This document shows, in pieces, positions 6,415 to 11,988 of a stretch of 11,988 nucleotides of DNA. The stretch is from assembly GCF_041248615.1 (NCBI RefSeq), contig NZ_CP158424.1; one strand, 5' to 3'. The notes beneath the pieces were generated by a model. That model was not told the origin of the DNA and ran no database searches. It worked only from the letters and a program-made list of their open reading frames with translations. Position numbers and translations under genes: made by a program. This stretch comes from Escherichia coli (GTDB lineage Bacteria; Pseudomonadota; Gammaproteobacteria; Enterobacterales; Enterobacteriaceae). Positions within the stretch are counted from its first letter, which is position 1; each line of letters starts with the position of its first letter.

Positions 6415-6606
6415 TCAGAGGTTTTCACCGTCATCCCCGAAACGTGCGAGGCAACTGCGGTAAAGCTCATCGGCGTGGTCGTGAAGCGATTCACAGATGT
6501 CTGCCTGTTCATCCGCGTCCAGTTCGTTGAGCTTCTCCAGCAGCGTTAATGTCTGGCTTCTGATAAAGCGGGCCATGTTAAGGGCAGTTTTTTCCTGTTT
6601 AGTCAC
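6415..6606 (-). CDS. rop: Rop/Rom, RNA I-RNA II pairing modulator (63 aa)
   Basis: GTG start at 6606 with GGAGG upstream; VTKQEKTALNMARFIRSQTLTLLEKLNELDADEQADICESLHDHADELYRSCLARFGDDGENL is the ColE1/pBR322 Rop sequence as recalled. The track ORF extends further upstream without an initiator. Confidence 0.93.
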   Translation of the reverse strand: MTKQEKTALNMARFIRSQTLTLLEKLNELDADEQADICESLHDHADELYRSCLARFGDDGENL

Positions 6607-6637
6607 TGATGCCTCCGTGTAAGGGGGATTTCTGTTC

Positions 6638-6994
6638 ATGGGGGTAATGATACCGATGAAACGCGAGAGGATGCTCACGATACGGGTTACTGATGATGAA
6701 CATGCCCGGTTACTGGAACGCTGTGAGGGTAAACAACTGGCGGTATGGATGCGGCGGGTCTGCCTGGGTGAGCCGGTTGCCCGTTCCGGGAAGCTGCCGA
6801 CACTGGCACCGCCGTTACTGCGTCAGCTGGCCGCCATCGGGAATAACCTGAATCAGACAGCGAGGAAGGTGAACAGCGGGCAGTGGTCTTCCGGTGACCG
6901 GGTTCAGGTAGTGGCCGCACTGATGGCCATCGGGGAGGAGCTGCGCCGGCTGCGTCTGGCCGTCAGGGAACAGGGGGCGCGGGATGATAGTTAA
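6638..6994 (+). CDS. mbeC: Mobilisation protein MbeC/MobC (relaxosome accessory protein)
   Basis: MLTIRVTDDEHARLLERCEGKQLAVWMRR... matches the MobC N-terminal remnant retained in pBR322 and the ColE1 MbeC family. Divergent from rop. Start could be ATG 6638, 6656 or 6671; 6638 has the best SD spacing. Confidence 0.85.
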   Translation: MGVMIPMKRERMLTIRVTDDEHARLLERCEGKQLAVWMRRVCLGEPVARSGKLPTLAPPLLRQLAAIGNNLNQTARKVNSGQWSSGDRVQVVAALMAIGEELRRLRLAVREQGARDDS

Positions 6995-8549
6995 GTTTCA
7001 TGCCAGGGGAAAAGGTGGTGGCAGTGGTCCGGTTGATTACCTGCTGGGAAGGGAGCGTAACCGGGAAGGGGCAACGGTGCTTCAGGGTAATCCGGAAGAA
7101 GTCCGGGAACTCATCGATGCCACGCCATTTGCGAAGAAATACACGTCAGGTGTTCTGTCGTTCGCGGAGAAGGAGCTGCCGCCGGGAGGACGTGAAAAAG
7201 TGATGGCGAGCTTTGAGCGTGTACTGATGCCCGGTCTCGAAAAAAATCAGTACAGCATCCTGTGGGTGGAGCACCAGGACAAGGGACGGCTTGAGCTGAA
7301 TTTTGTCATTCCGAACATGGAGCTACAGAGCGGAAAACGCCTCCAGCCGTACTACGACCGGGCAGACAGGCCGAGAATTGATGCCTGGCAGACGCTGGTT
7401 AATCACCATTACGGGCTGCATGACCCCAACGCCCCGGAGAACCGCCGGACGCTGACTCTCCCTGATAACCTGCCGGAAACGAAACAGGCGCTTGCTGAGA
7501 GCGTCACACGCGGGATAGACGCTCTTTATCATGTCGGGGAGATAAAAGGCCGTCAGGATGTGATTCAGGCGCTCACAGAGGCGGGGCTTGAAGTGGTCAG
7601 AGTGACGCGAAGCAGCATCAGTATTGCAGACCCGAACGGCGGGAAGAATATCAGGCTGAAAGGAGCATTCTATGAGCAATCTTTTACAGACGGGCGCGGA
7701 GTTCGAGAAAAAGCTGAAAGAGAGAGCCGCATCTACAGAGAAAATGCTGAACGACGAGTTCAGGAAGCTCGAAGAATCTGTAAACAGGGAACTGACCTCA
7801 AACGAATCTTTAATCAGGAACGCTATCAACGCCCATACAGCAGCCCTGAAAGAACTTCTGGAGAGGTATCAGAAAACGACCGTCAGCACGATGGACACAC
7901 ACTGGCAAACCGTGCTGAAAATGAGCGTGAAACGCTGGCTGTGGCTGATTATCGTCTCAGTGCTGATGTTTGCCACGACCGGGAGTCTGCTGTGGTACCA
8001 GGGCATGAAGATAAACGCAAACATGAATATTCTCCGCGAGCAGAAAGAGAGTCTGGAGAAGCTGAACGCGAAGACATGGGGCGTGCGTTATCACGAGGAC
8101 AGCAACGGACGTTTTCTGGTGTTGCCGAAGGGGATGAAAGCCGAAACGCACTGGACGGAGGACAACGGCAAACTGAACGCAGTGAGACTGGTACAGGAGT
8201 GACAGAGCATGACGGAGCTGGAAAAACATTTGCTGAACGCCTTAGAGCAACTGCAACAGGACTATATGCAGCGGCTGAACGAATGGGAGAGCGCCTTCGT
8301 GGAATTGCAGAAGATGTTTTCGCTTACGCAACGGGACAACGCGATGCTGAACGAGCGGGTCATGCAGTTGAGTCAGCAGGTGCAGCACTTGAGCGAGCGG
8401 ACAGAACGCTTGAGCCAGTTATACAGCGAGAACAGGAGATAAGGGACGAACGGCTGATACAGGAACGCGAACATGAGTTATCCCTGGAGCGTGAGCGCCA
8501 TCTGGAAATACAGGAACGGACACTGGATGGCCCGTCGCTGGGATGGTAA
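6984..8549 (+). CDS. mbeA: Relaxase MbeA/MobA (ColE1-type, 521 aa)
   Basis: N-terminus MIVKFHARGKGGGSGPVDYLLG... is characteristic of ColE1-family relaxases; start overlaps the mbeC stop; C-terminal half is Arg/Glu-rich as in MbeA. Confidence 0.92.
   Translation: MIVKFHARGKGGGSGPVDYLLGRERNREGATVLQGNPEEVRELIDATPFAKKYTSGVLSFAEKELPPGGREKVMASFERVLMPGLEKNQYSILWVEHQDKGRLELNFVIPNMELQSGKRLQPYYDRADRPRIDAWQTLVNHHYGLHDPNAPENRRTLTLPDNLPETKQALAESVTRGIDALYHVGEIKGRQDVIQALTEAGLEVVRVTRSSISIADPNGGKNIRLKGAFYEQSFTDGRGVREKAERESRIYRENAERRVQEARRICKQGTDLKRIFNQERYQRPYSSPERTSGEVSENDRQHDGHTLANRAENERETLAVADYRLSADVCHDRESAVVPGHEDKRKHEYSPRAERESGEAEREDMGRALSRGQQRTFSGVAEGDESRNALDGGQRQTERSETGTGVTEHDGAGKTFAERLRATATGLYAAAERMGERLRGIAEDVFAYATGQRDAERAGHAVESAGAALERADRTLEPVIQREQEIRDERLIQEREHELSLERERHLEIQERTLDGPSLGW
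7672..8202 (+). CDS. mbeB: MbeB/MobB mobilisation protein, nested in an alternative frame of mbeA
   Basis: ATG 7672 with AGGAG upstream; 176 aa with a predicted TM segment (WLWLIIVSVLMFATTGSLLW). Nested arrangement matches ColE1 mbeB. Confidence 0.75.
   Translation: MSNLLQTGAEFEKKLKERAASTEKMLNDEFRKLEESVNRELTSNESLIRNAINAHTAALKELLERYQKTTVSTMDTHWQTVLKMSVKRWLWLIIVSVLMFATTGSLLWYQGMKINANMNILREQKESLEKLNAKTWGVRYHEDSNGRFLVLPKGMKAETHWTEDNGKLNAVRLVQE
8209..8442 (+). CDS. mbeD: MbeD/MobD (77 aa coiled-coil protein), nested within mbeA
   Basis: ATG 8209 with AGGAG 9 nt upstream; helical, Gln/Leu-rich sequence; position directly after mbeB as in ColE1. Confidence 0.7.
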   Translation: MTELEKHLLNALEQLQQDYMQRLNEWESAFVELQKMFSLTQRDNAMLNERVMQLSQQVQHLSERTERLSQLYSENRR

Positions 8550-8769
8550 CCAAAGACAGGCTAAAATGTTGTCAGCGCGTTTCCGGTGCATTTTTTTGGA
8601 TAATGGTTGGTTCGGGGCACCAGGAACGAGCTTCAGTCAGGCCTTGCTGAAAACACAGGAACGCGTTAAAACGCATACGGACGCGTTTCTGGCGGTCAAA
8701 AACCACGGGGTTAGTGTGGGTAGTGTGTATAGCAACAGGAGCCTGGAACGCGTTCCGCTTCTTCTGTAA
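8473..8769 (+). CDS. Hypothetical ORF overlapping the mbeA 3' end (possibly mbeE-like)
   Basis: ATG 8473 with AGGA 7 nt upstream; 98 aa; extends 220 bp beyond the mbeA stop. No recognisable motifs. Confidence 0.3.
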   Translation: MSYPWSVSAIWKYRNGHWMARRWDGNQRQAKMLSARFRCIFLDNGWFGAPGTSFSQALLKTQERVKTHTDAFLAVKNHGVSVGSVYSNRSLERVPLLL

Positions 8770-9498
8770 TAGACGCCAGAATGCGTTTAATGCTTCTTCT
8801 GATGGTATCAGAGAGGAGCAGCTTGAGTTATTCCTGTTGGCCACAGAGCGTAATTATCTCCTTTTCAGATCCACACGGGGATACGTCAGAGTAGGAACTG
8901 AGCAAGGATTACTGAAAGATACTTTTTGCCAGAAAAAAATCCTCATACATGATGAGGATAAAGTCTTAAAGGTCCATTCTATGGAGTGTCGGATTGAAAA
9001 ATTTCTCCGGATGATATCCTTCACAGTTTAAATGTGATTTCAACCATAAGTTTTTTATGGATTTTGTTAAATAAAAAAGAATTGAGTCGTGTTTCTGATA
9101 TGTCTTAATATAATAAGTGAACAGTTATAAAATAATTGTGTTATATTTATTGTGAGTTTGATGTTATGTTCTGCATAAATAACTGTAGTTTAGAATATTA
9201 TTCTTTTATATTTATAGCTGTGAGATGATAAATTATAAGTGTTCTTTGTGCTATAAAGAACCCCCCGTATAAGGGGGGGAAAGATGGGTTTACTTCTTTT
9301 TAGTCCATGCCCTGGTGAGCTACATGAAGCTCGACACTACAGTAAAAATTTGGCAGTTTTTTTGAACTTTACGCAAGCAATTTATTTACATTGTAAAGAA
9401 AACCCCCTCAATTTGCGTATTACCGTGAAGGAGATCGGTGAGTAACATCGATGGAGATCGGTTCGTGTCACTTTCACAGAACCGTTTTTAAATTACCT

Positions 9499-10248
9499 TC
9501 ACTGATCTCCTTCGGTCAACGGAGATTGTATTTTCCGCATTGATTCTCCTTTAAGTTCGATCTTGATACTGCCATGAACCAGTCGATCTAGGATGGCATC
9601 CGCATGTGTGGAGTCTCCGATCATTTTGTACCAGTTTTCCACCGGCAACTGGCTCACTACGATGATTGAGCCTCGTTGGTACATCAGATCCACTATTTCC
9701 AGCAGGTCGCTACGCTGTTCTGATGAGAGAGGTTCCAGCCCCCAGTCATCCAGAAGCAGCAGATCGCTATTATTCAGCCTGGTCAAAAGTTTGCTGTATC
9801 TTCCATCAGCATGCCCCTGATAGCACTGTTCCATCAGCGCTTTAAGGCGATAATAGTAGACCTTGTATCCCTGTCGGCAGGCATTATGACCAAGTGCACA
9901 TGCCAGGAACGTTTTACCGCTGCCGGTGGCCCCGGTCAGTAAAATATTTTGTTTCAGGGTTAACCAGTTTCCCTGACTGAGTGAACGGATGAGGGCCCTG
10001 TCCAGCCCTCTATTGTTACGATAATCCAGCTTTGATAACTCAGCATTAAGTCTGAACCGTGCATGTTTGATCAGACGCTCTGCCTTCCTGTTTTCACGGC
10101 AGGTTAGTTCTTCTGCTGTCAGTAATGACAGGCGTTCTTCGAAGCCCAGCTCCTGGTATGTGCCCGGCTGAGCAAGTTGCTTTTTAAGCGCATCACGGAA
10201 GCCGGTGAGTTTAAGTGCGGTCAGTTGTTCGTAAAGATGATTCATCAT
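9499..10248 (-). CDS. istB: IstB-like ATPase helper of IS21-family transposition (249 aa)
   Basis: Walker A motif GATGSGKT and Walker B-like LLLLDDWG; size and position directly downstream of istA. Confidence 0.92.
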   Translation of the reverse strand: MMNHLYEQLTALKLTGFRDALKKQLAQPGTYQELGFEERLSLLTAEELTCRENRKAERLIKHARFRLNAELSKLDYRNNRGLDRALIRSLSQGNWLTLKQNILLTGATGSGKTFLACALGHNACRQGYKVYYYRLKALMEQCYQGHADGRYSKLLTRLNNSDLLLLDDWGLEPLSSEQRSDLLEIVDLMYQRGSIIVVSQLPVENWYKMIGDSTHADAILDRLVHGSIKIELKGESMRKIQSPLTEGDQ

Positions 10249-10259
10249 TGGATCCCGTA

Positions 10260-11801
10260 TCAGTGGTAATACTCACTGCCGCGTACGTTTTCGTGTTCCA
10301 TCGTGGATAACAGATCTGGTTTTGGATCCTGAACAGGTTGTTTATCCAGACCTTTTTCCAGGATCGATTTAATACCTGACAGACGCCATACCTTTGTTTT
10401 CAGAGCTCTTGCACATGCTGCATTAAGTCTGGCTTTACTGTATTTTTTATGAAGGTTCAGGAGTCCAAGGCAGAAGCGATAGCTTTGTTCCGGATGTGGA
10501 CGAGAGTTCAGTATATGAAGCACATAACTATGAGTTTCACTGCCTATGTGCCCCGCCCATTCCAGAAGACGCTCTGGCGTCCAGGTGGCATGCTGTCGAT
10601 GAGCTTCAGGCATGTGCTCGTTGCGGGTACTGTAGCCATAAGTACGCTTGCGCGGGTGCACAGCAACCTCCTGCCCCTGATTGAAGAGTCTTACCAGTTC
10701 TCCGGAGATCCATGCTTCCAGTTGCTGGCCTAACAGCGAACATGGAACCGAGTAGTAATGTTTGTCGATTTCCACGTGGTAATCGGCATGAACTCTGACT
10801 TTCTTCACCAGGGTGTAACTGTAACTGGCTTCAGGAAGAGGCTTCAGTGCGGGTTTATCAAGCTGGATGAAGAGTTCTGCACGTGAATAACCCAACTTCT
10901 GCATTATTTTGTTATTCAGTCTTTCCAGCAACTCCCGAATGCGCTGATTAAGCGATGCAAGGCTGTAGAAGATCTCATGCCTGATTCGGGCCATGATCCA
11001 GCGTTCAACAACCTGAACGCCAACTTCAGCTTTGGCTTTATCTTTCGGTTTACGTGGCCGCGCAGGCAAAACTGCGACATTATAATGCTCAAGCATCTGC
11101 TGGTAGGTAGGGTTAACGTCAGGATCATACTTACATGCCCTGGATGTGGCGCTTTTCAGATTGTCCGGAACAACAAGTTCAGGAACGCCACCCAACCACT
11201 GGAAGCAGCGAACATGACTCATCACCCAGTCTTCAAGCTGCTGAGACCAGGTGGCCTCTGCCCATGTGTAACTTGATGCCCCGAGAACAGCTACGATGAC
11301 CTGAGCAGTTCTTATTTCTCCGGTCTCAGGGTCGGTAACGCCAACGGTAGGTCCACAGTAATCAACGAAAAGTTTTTCGCCAGCTTTATGTACCTGACGC
11401 ATTGATGGTGAAGTGGTTTTGAGCCATTCACGGTACATCCGGCAGTAATGGTTATAGCTGTAAAAACCGCCTGGATTACGCTCACAGTATTCTTCCCAGA
11501 GTAGCTGCAGCGTCACGCATTTATTACGCAGTTCCCGGTGTACTGTAGCCCAGTCAGGCAGAGAGTGCTTCTTCATCTTAACCTGGGTCTGAAGGAACGC
11601 ATGTTTTAGTTTTGTATCATCCCATCCTGTAGGTAAGGGCCACTGCTTTATGCCAAGTTGAGCCGCCCGATTAGCATATCTGGATACAACGGAAGGGGAG
11701 ATTGCAAGACTACGACCAATTTGTCGATGGCTGAGTCCAACACCGTATTTAAGCCTAAGAATTTCTTTAAGTTTTCTCATAGAAATTGGAACTGTTGGCA
11801 T
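10260..11801 (-). CDS. istA: IstA transposase, IS21 family (513 aa)
   Basis: N-terminal HTH (LKEILRLKYGVGLSHRQIGRSLAISPSVVSRY) followed by a long catalytic region; AGGA 5 nt upstream of ATG 11801; 11-bp gap to istB. Confidence 0.92.
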   Translation of the reverse strand: MPTVPISMRKLKEILRLKYGVGLSHRQIGRSLAISPSVVSRYANRAAQLGIKQWPLPTGWDDTKLKHAFLQTQVKMKKHSLPDWATVHRELRNKCVTLQLLWEEYCERNPGGFYSYNHYCRMYREWLKTTSPSMRQVHKAGEKLFVDYCGPTVGVTDPETGEIRTAQVIVAVLGASSYTWAEATWSQQLEDWVMSHVRCFQWLGGVPELVVPDNLKSATSRACKYDPDVNPTYQQMLEHYNVAVLPARPRKPKDKAKAEVGVQVVERWIMARIRHEIFYSLASLNQRIRELLERLNNKIMQKLGYSRAELFIQLDKPALKPLPEASYSYTLVKKVRVHADYHVEIDKHYYSVPCSLLGQQLEAWISGELVRLFNQGQEVAVHPRKRTYGYSTRNEHMPEAHRQHATWTPERLLEWAGHIGSETHSYVLHILNSRPHPEQSYRFCLGLLNLHKKYSKARLNAACARALKTKVWRLSGIKSILEKGLDKQPVQDPKPDLLSTMEHENVRGSEYYH

Positions 11802-11988
11802 AGGTATCCTTTACCGGAATGGCAAAAGATACAGATCAACACACCTGTGAAGTTCCAATAACATTGATGGAGATCACTGAATAACAAAATGAGTCAAAAG
11901 TGATCTCCATCGATGTTATTCAGCGATCTGTTCAAATGTTATTACCCGATCTCGATGGAAGTTATTGAGTGATCTCCTTTCATGAAAA

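Larger units (their letters stand above)
9426..11982 (-). mobile_element. IS21-family insertion sequence (about 2.56 kb) carrying istA and istB
   Basis: Imperfect terminal inverted repeats: left TGAAGGAGATCGG...AACATCGATGGAGATCGG (9426-9460) against the reverse complement of the right end TGAAAGGAGATCAC...AACATCGATGGAGATCAC (11900-11982), with reiterated GGAGATC motifs. Encloses the istA and istB ORFs. Boundaries are approximate; target-site duplication not resolvable because the right flank is at the window edge. Confidence 0.75.

Noticed and set aside
6303-6920. Track ORFs 6303-6512 -, 6349-6549 + and 6687-6920 - around rop and mbeC
   Set aside because: Overlap or lie antisense to rop and mbeC; the track's 87-aa rop ORF is an upstream extension, and the real start is GTG 6606 behind GGAGG.
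7000-8229. Track ORFs 7000-7203 +, 7323-7829 - and 7957-8229 - within mbeA
   Set aside because: Alternative-frame or antisense ORFs without SD; only mbeB and mbeD are known nested genes in this family and both have SD sites.
8572-9031. Track ORFs 8572-8844 - and 8714-9031 +
   Set aside because: No SD, no recognisable motifs, mutually overlapping and running into the AT-rich region; kept only as very low-probability candidates.
9593-11861. Plus-strand track ORFs inside the IS element (9593-9820, 10449-10733, 10496-10684, 10977-11276, 11658-11861) and minus-strand 10916-11128
   Set aside because: Antisense or alternative frames of the well-supported istA and istB genes.

Overview
This window looks like a segment of a ColE1-type mobilizable colicin plasmid from an enterobacterium. 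The calls rest on reading the sequence and on recalled family sequences; no database search was run. From left to right: (1) an ORF-poor, structure-rich region of about 1.4 kb (1-1390) with two intrinsic terminators, a long inverted repeat and several small ORFs with Shine-Dalgarno (SD) sites; (2) a cer-like XerCD multimer-resolution site (core 1513-1542); (3) a minus-strand pair of uncharacterised genes, an AlpA/Xis-like HTH coiled-coil protein and a lipoprotein; (4) a LexA-controlled colicin operon encoding a colicin A/U/Y-family pore-forming colicin, an antisense four-TM immunity gene and a lysis lipoprotein; (5) a ColE1-type origin (RNA II/RNA I) whose RNA I loop region differs from pMB1; (6) bom/oriT, rop and the mobilisation genes mbeC and mbeA with nested mbeB and mbeD; (7) an AT-rich region carrying a complete IS21-family insertion (istA/istB). 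No rRNA, tRNA or CRISPR array was seen. Most of the window is a recognisable plasmid backbone; the best candidates for something undescribed are the HTH/lipoprotein pair and the ORF-poor left region. The ORF track treats TTG/GTG as starts, so several track starts were refined by SD position.
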